Positions 39,796 through 50,800 of a stretch of 64,000 bases of DNA are shown here, piece by piece. Position 1 is the first letter of the stretch. Each line of letters begins with the position of its first letter. A program made the translations under genes and the position numbers. The notes below the pieces were generated by a model. That model saw nothing but the letters and a program-made list of their open reading frames with translations. It was not told the DNA's origin and did no database searches. This DNA comes from a virus, in IMG/VR virus record IMGVR_UViG_3300027801_002517, positions 93,370 through 157,369 of that record. The stretch is one strand, 5' to 3'.

Positions 39796-39854
39796 AACCC
39801 GTTTTATGTATGTTTTAATGTATCTTGTGTATAATTTAATACGAGGTGAAAATT

Positions 39855-41303
39855 ATGAATAAAATACAAATTTTTCAAAAAGAAATTGAAGATGGTATCT
39901 CTGATAAGGTTCAGAGTACTGCTTCAGTGGCTTATTTGTCTCCTTTTACTGTCAAGGCAGAAGAATTTACTTCTGAGATAGAAAAAAGTGAGATAGAAAA
40001 ACTTTTAGCCGATGAAAACAAGCAACACGATCTTTATTACTTAGAATCAGTGTTAGTTTCTACTAATTGGAATAGAAATGATGATGTATTTTTAGCAGAT
40101 GTCACATGGGCTGCGAGAAATACACCAGAAGACAAACCATTTAATTTTATGCATGATGAAAATGATATCATTGGGCATATTATAGGTAGTTATGTTACTG
40201 ATACTGAAGGAAATAAAATTTCTGACGATCAAGAAGAAACCCCTGCTAATTTTGATATTATTACTCGTGCGGTTCTTTATAATAGTTGGATGAATGAAGA
40301 AAATAAAGAGCGAATGGATAATATCATTGCGGAAATTGATGAAGATAAGTGGTTTGTTTCAATGGAATGTTTATTTGCTGGTTTCGACTATGCGGTTATT
40401 GACAAAACTGGTAGTCAACAGTTAGTAACTCGGAGTGATGATTCATCTTTCTTAACCAAGCATTTACGTGCTTATGGTGGAACTGGTGAATACGAAGGTT
40501 ATAAAGTTGGACGTGCATTACGTGATATTTCTTTTTCTGGGAAAGGATTGGTGTCAAATCCAGCAAACCCCAGGAGTATAATTTTAAACTCTAAAAGTAT
40601 TGCTTTTAGTGTTGATGGGTTTTCAACAATGAAGGAGACTAATATGTCTGAATCTCAGGTTCAAGAGGAGCAAGTGGTTAAAGAACCAGTTGTTGCTGAA
40701 GAACTAAATGAAGAGGTTGTTGAAACAGTAGAAGCTGATGCGGTAACAGATGATTCTACTACGGAAGCTACTGAAGTAGCTGAAGTAGCTGAAGAAGTAA
40801 TCGAAACTGCTGCAGAAGAAACTGTTGTAACAAATAGTGAGACAGATGAAGCTATTGCTTCTTTAGAAGAAGCTTTAAAATCTGCTGAGGTAAAAATTTC
40901 TGCATTAGAAGCAGTTGTTGCTAAATCAGCTAAGGATTTACAAGAAGCTGAATCTGAAATGTATGATATGAAGAAAAAGCAAAAAGAAGAAAAGAGAAAA
41001 GCTGCTTTAATTGAAGCTGGTGTTTCAGCAGATGAATTAGATGCTACTCTTGCTTCTTTTGGTTCTCTTGATGACGAAGCATTTGATGCTGTAGTCAATC
41101 TTTATGCTCGAAAGAGTATTGTAGCAACTGATTCTAAAGAAGAAGCTACAGAAGAAGCAGAAGCAGAAGTAACTGAAATTTTCGACGAAGTCGAAACATC
41201 AGAAGCAACTCTGGTAGAAGCTGAAACAGAAGAAGTAGATGAAATAGCAGCAACACGAGCAAGTATTGCTGATTACATCTCAAATTCAATTCTTAGTAAG
41301 TAA
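39855..41303 (+). CDS. Prohead protease / scaffolding fusion
   Basis: NRNDDVF, NFMH..IIGH, VSMEC, GKGLVSNPA; acidic coiled-coil C-terminus; position between portal and capsid. Confidence 0.7.
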   Translation: MNKIQIFQKEIEDGISDKVQSTASVAYLSPFTVKAEEFTSEIEKSEIEKLLADENKQHDLYYLESVLVSTNWNRNDDVFLADVTWAARNTPEDKPFNFMHDENDIIGHIIGSYVTDTEGNKISDDQEETPANFDIITRAVLYNSWMNEENKERMDNIIAEIDEDKWFVSMECLFAGFDYAVIDKTGSQQLVTRSDDSSFLTKHLRAYGGTGEYEGYKVGRALRDISFSGKGLVSNPANPRSIILNSKSIAFSVDGFSTMKETNMSESQVQEEQVVKEPVVAEELNEEVVETVEADAVTDDSTTEATEVAEVAEEVIETAAEETVVTNSETDEAIASLEEALKSAEVKISALEAVVAKSAKDLQEAESEMYDMKKKQKEEKRKAALIEAGVSADELDATLASFGSLDDEAFDAVVNLYARKSIVATDSKEEATEEAEAEVTEIFDEVETSEATLVEAETEEVDEIAATRASIADYISNSILSK

Positions 41304-41330
41304 TTCCTCTTTTCCTATAGGAGAAAAAAA

Positions 41331-41822
41331 ATGGCTCTTAAAGCAGATAGAAGTGTAGAGGCTACTGATATTAGCTTTTTCTACAACGCTGGCACAGCAA
41401 CCCGTGGGGGTGTGGCTGTGATCGAAAATAATAGTGCATCTGGTGCAGCAATGGACCAGGGTGCTAACTTGTGTGCTTATGCGACTGCAGCATCAACAGA
41501 TATTCCGGTTGGTATTCTGATGAATGATGTCGTTAATAAAGATTTAACGAGAACTCATTTAAATCAGCATAAAGACGAAATTCAGAAGGGTGGTAAGGTT
41601 ACCATTATGACTCGTGGTACTGTTACTACTAGCAATATCACTGGTACTCCAGCTCCAGGTAAGCTTGCCTATGCTGATAGTGCAAGTGCTGGTAATATTA
41701 CTGTAGAGCCAGTAGCAGCAGCTAATTCTGGATCTTTATGTGTAGGTCGTTGGATGTCTTATAAAGATAGTGATGGCTACGCTAAATTACAGGTCAATCT
41801 TCCACTCAACAACGGTGCATAA
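41331..41822 (+). CDS. Capsid decoration / cement protein
   Basis: 163 aa directly before the major capsid gene; strong RBS. Confidence 0.6.
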   Translation: MALKADRSVEATDISFFYNAGTATRGGVAVIENNSASGAAMDQGANLCAYATAASTDIPVGILMNDVVNKDLTRTHLNQHKDEIQKGGKVTIMTRGTVTTSNITGTPAPGKLAYADSASAGNITVEPVAAANSGSLCVGRWMSYKDSDGYAKLQVNLPLNNGA

Positions 41823-41851
41823 TCGCCCCCAACTAATAGGAGAATTTTAAT

Positions 41852-42859
41852 ATGTCATTTACTGAAAGACCAAGTGATGAATTTATTTCATTGCTTCGGA
41901 AAGCTGGCGATAGTGATCAAAACATCGCTATTGCAGCACAAAGAGAATTTGCTAAAGCATTGGAACTGCCTCTTCGTAAGGGAGTTTTGGCTGGCGATAT
42001 TCTTGGGAATATTTTCGAAGTAACCACAGTAGAATCTGGTGGAACAACTGAGTATCCACTCGACCTTATCTCTCCTGGACTTGAAGGTGAGCATATTGCT
42101 TACACTAATCCAGGTAATGGTAGAGTTCCTGAGCGTAGCGTAGAAGGTGACTATGTTGCGATTCCAACTTACAGTATCACAAGTTCTATCGACTTCTTGC
42201 TTCGATATGCTCGTGAAGCTCGTTGGGATATCGCTGCTCGTGCTATGCAGGTTATGGAAGCGGGCTTTACCAAGAAGATGAACGATGATGGTTGGCACAC
42301 AATGCTTGCGGCTGGTGTTGACAGAAACATCCTCGTATACGATGGTGATGCTACTGCCGGTATGTTCTCTAAGAGACTGGTATCTTTGATGCAGACTGTT
42401 ATGCGTCGTAATGCTGGCGGAAACACTGGTTCTGCTGGTCGCGGTCGTTTGACAGACCTGTATGTTTCTCCAGAAGCTCTGGAAGATATTCGTAACTGGG
42501 GTCTTGATCAGATTGATGAAGTTACCCGGCGTGAAATCTACAGTGCTTCTGAAGATGGTGCTCCAATTACCCGTGTATTTGGTGTTAATCTACATGATCT
42601 TGATGAACTTGGTGAAGGTCAAGAGTATCAGACATTCTTTACAGGTAGCTTAAGTGGTGCTGTTCAGGCTGCTGACCTTGAACTGGTCGTTGGTTTGGAT
42701 CAGTCATCTAATGACAGCTTTGTAATGCCTGTTCGTCAGACTCTTCAAGTCTTTGAAGATCCTACTCTTCATAGACAGCAGCGAGCTGGATTCTACGGTT
42801 GGGCTGAAATTGGATTTGGTGTCCTTGATAACCGTCGTGTTATCCTTGGCTCCTTCTAA
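41852..42859 (+). CDS. Major capsid protein
   Basis: 335 aa, strong RBS, followed by a terminator; C-terminal GFYGWAEIGFGVLD. Confidence 0.8.
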   Translation: MSFTERPSDEFISLLRKAGDSDQNIAIAAQREFAKALELPLRKGVLAGDILGNIFEVTTVESGGTTEYPLDLISPGLEGEHIAYTNPGNGRVPERSVEGDYVAIPTYSITSSIDFLLRYAREARWDIAARAMQVMEAGFTKKMNDDGWHTMLAAGVDRNILVYDGDATAGMFSKRLVSLMQTVMRRNAGGNTGSAGRGRLTDLYVSPEALEDIRNWGLDQIDEVTRREIYSASEDGAPITRVFGVNLHDLDELGEGQEYQTFFTGSLSGAVQAADLELVVGLDQSSNDSFVMPVRQTLQVFEDPTLHRQQRAGFYGWAEIGFGVLDNRRVILGSF

Positions 42860-42884
42860 TATTGTCAAAACGGTGAGTATAATA

Positions 42885-42920
42885 AGTCATCCTCGTACTT
42901 TGCGGGGATGGCTTTTTTTT
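42885..42920 (+). terminator. Intrinsic terminator after the capsid gene
   Basis: AGTCATCCTCGTA-CTT-TGCGGGGATGGCT followed by a T run. Confidence 0.88.
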
Positions 42921-42976
42921 GTGTATAATATGATATAAATTCTTTATTTCAAGGAAATTCCTACAAGGAGAATATA

Positions 42977-43441
42977 ATGGCTGCTCTTTCAGATTATTTA
43001 GAATCTGGTTTGCTTCACCATATTTTTAGGGGTGAAACTTTTGCTAAACCAGTACATGTTGCAGTTGCGTTGACGAGTGGTGTTATTGTTGATTCAGATA
43101 CTGGTGTAACAATTCAAGAATTATCTTCAGGTGACGGCGTTAATTCAACGGGATATGCTCGTATTAGCTTACATGCTCCAGCTACTAGTGGCAATGATAA
43201 GTGGAGTTATAATACTGCTGACCATTCCGCTGGTAGTGGTGTTATAAAAAATGGAGTTGATTTTGTGTTTGAACAAGCTTTACAAGATTGGGGATGGGTA
43301 TCTGGCATAGCCTTAGTTGATACTCAAGTCCACCAAGAAGGTAATTTGTTAATGCACGCACAGCTTGATAATCCAAGAATTATTTATACAGGTGATAGTG
43401 TCAAATTTAGCACAAGTACTTTACAAGTTTCCTTCAAGTAA
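42977..43441 (+). CDS. Virion structural protein (tail/fibre-associated)
   Basis: ALSDYLE..LL.HIFR, GYAR, WGWV...D...GNLL...L...I.TGD..KF pattern. Confidence 0.65.
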   Translation: MAALSDYLESGLLHHIFRGETFAKPVHVAVALTSGVIVDSDTGVTIQELSSGDGVNSTGYARISLHAPATSGNDKWSYNTADHSAGSGVIKNGVDFVFEQALQDWGWVSGIALVDTQVHQEGNLLMHAQLDNPRIIYTGDSVKFSTSTLQVSFK

Positions 43442-43452
43442 GGACTAGATAA

Positions 43453-46400
43453 ATGATTTTGAGTAAACAGGAGTTCATTAACTCCCTTACTAATTATCTT
43501 CCAGATAATGCCAATCAAGAGATTTCTCCGTTAGATCTTAGAACAGTTATAACAAATTTAGCTGATTCTATTCATCTAATGACCGTATCAAATAGTATTG
43601 ATGCAGATAACGTGGGGACAAAATCTACCAGAACTTCTATTCTCGGAGAACAAGCTCTTGGTAAGTTAGATTTAGCTGGCAGGTCAACTTCAGATAATTC
43701 CGTTTTTGGTTACAATGCCTTATATGGAAATTATGACGGAACTCATAATACGGCTATTGGTTCCCAATCAATTAGTTGTAATGTTTACGGAGATCATAAT
43801 GTTGGAGTAGGAGTCAGTGCTCTTGGTGGTAATACTACAGGTTCTGGCAATATAGGTATTGGTAACTATACTTTACATAGAGGCAGAACTGGAAGTTTTA
43901 ATATTGCAATAGGTCATGCTGCTGGTAATTACATTGGTGAAGCTGACAGTTATAAATTTTATGTTGGTGCCATTCCTATTGAGCAAGATGAAGATTGTGT
44001 AGTTGACACAACATCTCGTCTTCCTTTAATGTATGGTAATTTAGAGAATAATCGTTTAGCTGTAAATACAAATGGTTTACATGATTTTGGAAATTTTCAA
44101 GTTGCTGGAGATGCCTCTCCATCTGTAAATGCCTCTACAAACTTAGGTCATGGCTCTAAACATTGGAAAATGGCTTATATTTCTAGTGGTATTTCTTATC
44201 CTAATTCTGGAACACTTACTATTTTTAGTGATGCACCTAAAGGAGCAGGTTTTCCAGATCAATACAATCTTACTGTTAGACAGCATTTCGACGGCAATGG
44301 AAATATTGGATTTGGCACTAATGCCCCATCTGGTGATCACGGTTTAATTACTGTAGCTGGAAACATAGTACCGTCTAAGAGTGGCGTTTATTCTTTAGGT
44401 CATCCTTCTTTACCTTGGGATGGACACTTTAATGATGTTACGATTAGTGGGCAATTTTACGCTAACGATGTTACATATAACACGATAGGTGAATGCTTAT
44501 ATGAATGTAAAACATTACACTTAGGCTCAAGTGGGTTATGCGATGAGGGAGATGGATTTCATAATAGTGCTGTGTGTGGTTATTTAGCTGATGCCGCTCT
44601 TGAGGGTGCTGGGTTTGAAATACATGCTAGTGGTTCTGATTATGTTCGTGATTATAGGCTTATTTATAAACAGCCAGATGTTTCAATACAATCAGATGCA
44701 TTGTTAGCTGATAATTCTTTCTCTAGATCTCATTTTGAATCTAACATTAGTTTAAGTGTTGCGGAAGGTATGCACATAAGAACACAGAGAGTGCTTGGTA
44801 GAGATCAGACAAGTATTATTAATGAAAGTGGATACAATGGATTGATTATTGCAACTGATAAAAGTTTATCAATTGCGTCTGGTTCATATATGACTTTTGG
44901 TCAAGTCAACAATGCCTCTGGAAATTATCCTGGTAGAGGAAATGTTTCATTCTTTGCTGCTTCTGGTGATAATACATATGATTTAGCAATTGCCAGTGTT
45001 AATTCTGGTTCTTTAGATAATACCTCTTTATCTAATGCTGTGCGTGTTGGTTTAGATTTCACTACTGCTGTTGCAGATACTAACAGATCCAGATTTAGTT
45101 TAAGGCAATATAATTTTGGTCATCCTGATTATGATAGATTTGTAATTGGTTCTGAAGGGGGCAAATATAGAGAGCATGACCATACCAGAGTGTTTGAACC
45201 AATTACTATTGCTAAGTCTGGTATGTATGTTGGTATTTCTAATTATGAAAGAACAGAAGGTTCTGCCCCAGAAATGCCTCAAGCTCATCTGCATGTTCAA
45301 GGTGCCAATAATGGTCCGTTTGCAGCTAATACTGTTGTTAGAATTGGTACTCGTACTGGCGACACAAGTAAGGATAGTATTTTTGAATTAACTGGGAATG
45401 GTCCCGAAGGTGCTTCTGGTTTACGTGTCTCTTATGATACTTCTACAGATTATATTGATTTTTCAACAATTGCTACAGATTCTAATCACTTTGCTACTAC
45501 AAGTGGTTTTATGTCTGTCACAAATAATAATTATGTTGGTATTGGTTCCACTATAGTTGGAACTACTAGAAAATTCACACCAATTGAGCCTTTAACAATC
45601 AATCATTTTGATTCTGGTGCCAGCGGCACAATTGCTATGAAAGAGCAAGAGAAAAATCCGGGAAATACTGCTGATTATGGAAAAATTTACGTTAAACCTA
45701 AATCTGGAACAGGTCAAACTCAGGCATTGTTTTTCTTGGATGATGCTGGAAATGAATTTGACTTAGTATCTAATATTATTGATAACACCAGTACTGTATT
45801 TACAGATGAATATAGAAATACTTTTGCGGGTTCTGGTACACCTAATAGCCTTCCAGTCAGTTCAAATAACCCAGATAATGCTGGTTATGGTTCCGAGTCA
45901 TTAAATAGTATCAGTTCTTCTTCTGGCAATACTGTTGTTGGTAATAGATCATTAAATAAAATGACTACTGGTGATCTCAATACTATTGTTGGTAACGATA
46001 ATCTGCGATATCAAAGTGGAGGTATGAACAACAATGTCATAGTTGGTCAGCACAACCTCGATAGCGGTAACAGCTCTTCTTATAACAATGTCATTATTGG
46101 TAATAATAATTTCAATAGTATTGATACTGCAGCAGATAATTCAATTATTATTGGTAATAGTGTAGCGACAAATGGAGCCGATTGGTCTGATAAATTATTG
46201 ATTGGCTATGGTGCTGACCCATTAATTTCAGGTCAATTGACAGGTTCTAAGAGTCTAACTATTAATGAAGCAGATTTTTATGTGACAAATGGTAATATTG
46301 TAGCGGGTGGTAATATTGTAGCGGGTGGTAATATTGCATCAAGTGGTAATATTACAACAAATGGTGATTTTATTATACAAGATAATGATAAATCTATTGA

Positions 46401-47841
46401 ATATAATATCAAACCACAAACATTAAGTACCGTTGATTATCTTAATACTGAAATAAAAGATACCTTTAATAGTAGTGTGGCTAGTGTTGTTCATAGATTA
46501 GTATTTACCACTTCTAATAACACAACTGGTGTTTTAGTAGAAAATGACTTTAGAAATGGTACTATGTCTAATAGTGCTTCATATGCTTCTACTGCAAATC
46601 CCACGGTTACTATTAATGGAGATATAAATCTTAGAGGTAAAATTAATTATTCTGATGGCACTTCTGCTTCTAGCTTTATCGGTCAAAATGTTAGTGCTGG
46701 TTCTGGTATATCTGCATCATATCCTAATGCTAATACTGTTAAATTTGATTTAGATATTTTAGAATTACAAAATGTATCTGATGTTTCTGTAAATACATTA
46801 AGCACAAAAAGTTATGTTCCTGTGCATGTTGATGGTGGTACAGCACTTGGTGGCAATGTTTTAGGAAGGATGTCATTTACTGAGCTTACAGATTTTGTTG
46901 GCAGTGGTTACGCATCTGTTGTGGGCAATGAGAATCATTTCTTTGCTCCTCCTCAAGATGAGAAAAATATTAGTCAAGTTCAAAATAGCGGTAGTGTGTT
47001 CATTGGACCTGGAGTTGGCCATTTATCCAGTGGCTGGAAGCACTCTGTTATGATTGGTACGAATGCTGGTTATGGTGCCTCAGCAAATAATAGTAATTTA
47101 TCTATAGATACAGCATCTACATTTATTGGATATAATGCTGGACGAGAAGCGGATAACATTTCCAATGGTTTATTTATTGGCACAAATGCTGGTGATTATG
47201 CTAGAGGAGCTAATGGATCAATATTTATAGGGCAAAATGCTGGTTCGTATTCGGAAAATACTGAATCTATTGGTATTGGTAAAAATGCTTTAAGAGGTTC
47301 TGTTGATAGTAACGATGCTAGTGCTGGTAATATTGAAATTGTAGCAAATCTACAAGATAACCAAAGGTTGTTATACAATAAAGGTTCTTATTCTAATCTT
47401 CTGAATATTCAAAATACAATCGCTGGAGATACATCTCTAAGAAGAATTTCTATTGGAGATACTGTCATTGGTCCTGATGCTGTCCTCTCTGTAAGAAAAG
47501 ACAACACAATCACAGGACACTCCACTACAGATTATATTCAAACTTGGTGGCATAATGACACAAAAGTTGCTCATATCGATTGTAGTGGTAATTTTGAAAG
47601 TCTTGATTATCCACAAGTGATAGAGGGATTCACCACCACTCAAATCCTGGGACCAACTCAATATACCGCACCAGTTAGTGGTAAAATTGTAAAAAGAAAT
47701 TCTGATTTCTCAACTGGCTCAGAAACTTGGGTTGTAAATAGAGATTCCACTTTAGCTATAGATCAAGATTCATTTGTTGTAGCTTATCTGGTTAATGGTG
47801 AATATCGACCGATACACGTTGCTTGTTCTGGTTCAATATAA
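43453..47841 (+). CDS. Large fibre/adhesin-like virion protein
   Basis: N-x-x-(I/V)-G repeats (NTAIG, NVGVG, NIAIG, FIG.NAG); GNIGFGT..P repeats; SG-rich. Confidence 0.7.
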   Translation: MILSKQEFINSLTNYLPDNANQEISPLDLRTVITNLADSIHLMTVSNSIDADNVGTKSTRTSILGEQALGKLDLAGRSTSDNSVFGYNALYGNYDGTHNTAIGSQSISCNVYGDHNVGVGVSALGGNTTGSGNIGIGNYTLHRGRTGSFNIAIGHAAGNYIGEADSYKFYVGAIPIEQDEDCVVDTTSRLPLMYGNLENNRLAVNTNGLHDFGNFQVAGDASPSVNASTNLGHGSKHWKMAYISSGISYPNSGTLTIFSDAPKGAGFPDQYNLTVRQHFDGNGNIGFGTNAPSGDHGLITVAGNIVPSKSGVYSLGHPSLPWDGHFNDVTISGQFYANDVTYNTIGECLYECKTLHLGSSGLCDEGDGFHNSAVCGYLADAALEGAGFEIHASGSDYVRDYRLIYKQPDVSIQSDALLADNSFSRSHFESNISLSVAEGMHIRTQRVLGRDQTSIINESGYNGLIIATDKSLSIASGSYMTFGQVNNASGNYPGRGNVSFFAASGDNTYDLAIASVNSGSLDNTSLSNAVRVGLDFTTAVADTNRSRFSLRQYNFGHPDYDRFVIGSEGGKYREHDHTRVFEPITIAKSGMYVGISNYERTEGSAPEMPQAHLHVQGANNGPFAANTVVRIGTRTGDTSKDSIFELTGNGPEGASGLRVSYDTSTDYIDFSTIATDSNHFATTSGFMSVTNNNYVGIGSTIVGTTRKFTPIEPLTINHFDSGASGTIAMKEQEKNPGNTADYGKIYVKPKSGTGQTQALFFLDDAGNEFDLVSNIIDNTSTVFTDEYRNTFAGSGTPNSLPVSSNNPDNAGYGSESLNSISSSSGNTVVGNRSLNKMTTGDLNTIVGNDNLRYQSGGMNNNVIVGQHNLDSGNSSSYNNVIIGNNNFNSIDTAADNSIIIGNSVATNGADWSDKLLIGYGADPLISGQLTGSKSLTINEADFYVTNGNIVAGGNIVAGGNIASSGNITTNGDFIIQDNDKSIEYNIKPQTLSTVDYLNTEIKDTFNSSVASVVHRLVFTTSNNTTGVLVENDFRNGTMSNSASYASTANPTVTINGDINLRGKINYSDGTSASSFIGQNVSAGSGISASYPNANTVKFDLDILELQNVSDVSVNTLSTKSYVPVHVDGGTALGGNVLGRMSFTELTDFVGSGYASVVGNENHFFAPPQDEKNISQVQNSGSVFIGPGVGHLSSGWKHSVMIGTNAGYGASANNSNLSIDTASTFIGYNAGREADNISNGLFIGTNAGDYARGANGSIFIGQNAGSYSENTESIGIGKNALRGSVDSNDASAGNIEIVANLQDNQRLLYNKGSYSNLLNIQNTIAGDTSLRRISIGDTVIGPDAVLSVRKDNTITGHSTTDYIQTWWHNDTKVAHIDCSGNFESLDYPQVIEGFTTTQILGPTQYTAPVSGKIVKRNSDFSTGSETWVVNRDSTLAIDQDSFVVAYLVNGEYRPIHVACSGSI

Positions 47842-47853
47842 TAAGGACGAATT

Positions 47854-50800
47854 ATGCCAACTGTTACCGGGGTGTATCATCTCAGGCCCATCTCTAATAT
47901 CACCTCTAATATGGATGATTGTCCATTTGGTGCTATTGATGATAACATGTTTAAGGGATTTAATGCTGATAGTGAATCGGCTTTTGCTACTGAATATTGT
48001 TTGAATGATGGTGCAAAATCTGCATTCACCAGTGGAGTTCATAGGGTTAGTGATATTCCAGCTAATCCAGGGGCGGTTGTTAGTGGTGTCACACTTTGGT
48101 CTTATTCTTCAGGTATTAGTACTGGTAGTACTGGTAGTACTAGTATTTTTAAAGGTGGTGGCAGTGGGGTAGACCATCTGGTTTCAGGAAGTGTAAAGTT
48201 AGATAATCAGTGGTATCATGATGCATATGGTCCCGCTATGGCTACATCTGGTGCTCATGATGGTGCTTGGGCTGCATATAAATTCCCTGAATATGAAGGT
48301 TCTGGATTAAGAGATTCTGCCGTTTCTAATATGGCAATAAACTTAGTTTCTCCACCCCAACTTGAAGATGATGAGTTTCGAATATATGCTGCATATTTAG
48401 AAGTTACTTGGACTCAAGAAGTTGAGTTCGATCATTTCTTATGTAATTGTCCCGAGAAGACTGGTATTTTAGTGCCAAACTTTGATGGTACTACTGCTCA
48501 TAATACTTCTCCCAATACTGATGGTGATACTAATTTCGTCATAGTTGGTGGACCATCTCATCGATATGCTGCGATGAATAATGGTGTATTAACTCCCGAT
48601 GATAGTGATTATATTCGGCGGGCGGCACAGCAAGGTGATGGTCCAAGCACTGTAACGGCATTTTTTGGTTTTGAAGATATGCCATTTGATTTTGATATAT
48701 TGAGTTCTGGATCTTTAAGAATTAGAGATAAAGGGAAGTCGGACTTGGATGTTCCGAATGAAGGTTTAAAATATCAATTTTTTAAGATTGATGAAACAAC
48801 TCCTTTAACAAATGAGATTATACACTCAGGCCAAAAGCCTCCTGGTGATACAGATATTTTTGGTAGTTTTACTAATAGATTAATTAATTTCAATTTAACT
48901 GGAGATATTGATAAAACTTCTTGGGATAATGCATTACTTAAAGTCACCCACTTTGATCCTCCCGGAACACCAGGTGAAGATAAAGATTACAGAATCTCTG
49001 AAATGGAACTATTAGTAGGTTATATCCGTCAGCCAATACCTATTCCATTTCCTTTATCATCTGGTGCTTGTTGTTCTTATGCTGCTAAATTTGATGATAA
49101 TTTACTTACTCCTTGTGCAAATTCATTACCAGTTTACCCAATTCTTACAGAGACGAATACGGCAAGTGGTTTAAAAATTGCAAATAGTTTACCTGTTGCC
49201 AGCATTAATAATCATATTGCTACTAATGGTTCTGGTAACAGAGTTGTATTCTCTCGGCATTTAACCAATTCTACTTCTGATTGGCCGAGTGGCACTTACG
49301 CACAAGTATTTCAAGAAAATGCTTCTTCTTGGGATATACTTGGAACACCTATAAACAGTGGTTCTTATTTGACAGAGACATTAACTGATCACTTAGAAAT
49401 TGTATCTGTTGATATGAATACAAGTGGTAATATGTTTGCGGTTTGCTGGAAAGAGAACCAATATATAGACTATAATAGTTGTGATGAGACACCCATACCT
49501 TTAAATGATGATTATCATGTTGGTGTTTATTATTGGTCTGATTCAGATTCCAACTGGAAAAGACGTGGTAATTATATAAGTTCACCCATGAGTTCTTATG
49601 TTTATGCGAATGGCAATGGAGAATTAGTTAGAAATCCAGGTTCTTTTGGTGATCAAATCAAGATGACTTCATCGGCTGATCGCATATTTATAAAAAATAA
49701 TCCAGCAGATCCTAATAGTCAGCAAAGTGTAGAAGCTTATAATTGGGATGGTACTCAATGGAATTATTATAGTACAATAGAAGTTGGTAGATTAGATTAT
49801 AGCGATAGATATACTGATGGTATTTTTGACGTGCCTTTATCTGAATATCCTGTTGCCCCATCTGGTGATTATTGTCCTGCTCCAATTACTTCGGGTATCT
49901 ATAATTATACTTTAGCTTTTGAAAGTATCATTGATGGCAATCCAGATCCAGCTAATGAGTACAAACTTATACGATCTAATTTTGCAAGCGATGTCTCCAT
50001 TGATTCTAATGATCAATATATTATTATAGCCCATGCAAATGCCTATATACACAGATCAAATGACGGTGTAATCAAACTATTAAAAAAAATTGGATCTTCT
50101 TATTCTATACTTAATTCTTTTTTTGGTGAATTAATTTACCAAGATTCCAATAATAGTGATTTTCACGGTCCAACAGAATCTGCTAAGTTTGGATTTTCTG
50201 CTGACATATCTTCTGATGGCAAATTTATTATAGGTGGTGCTCCTGCGTATAATAGCAACAGAGGATATGTAAAAATACATTACCAAAAATCTGTACAAGG
50301 TTTAGATGAAAGTTGGCCACACCTTGGTCAAGAAATTATTGGAAACTATTCTTATTCTGCTGGGCGGTTTGGTTTTGATGTTGCTATAGCCACTGGTAAA
50401 TCTAGTGAAACATCGCTTGTATCTTATAGCCCAGTTGTAGTTATTGGTGCTCCATATGTAGACCAATCTGGCACAGATGCTGGAATGATAGCAATCTATA
50501 GATACAAAGATAAAACAGCAGCTACAGACCCTTGGGAGCTTGTTCAGGAAATTCAAGGTCCAATAGCTAATGGTAAATTTGGGTATTCAGTCGCAATAGA
50601 TGATCTTGGTGAAACTATAGCAGTTGGTATGCCACATACGACAGAAAAAGGTCGTGTTTATATTTATAAATACAATTCTACTACAGATCAGTATGAAATT
50701 AAAAAATCAATTTTAGAAGACTATCCTTATGAGTCTAGTTTTATTGAGGGTGACTGCGATGGAGATCTGTTTGGATTTTCTGTAGATATTAATGGCAATG

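Noticed and set aside
40661-42426. Minus-strand ORFs within the head genes, and similar ones in the fibre genes
   Set aside because: Antisense shadows produced by codon bias and repeats.
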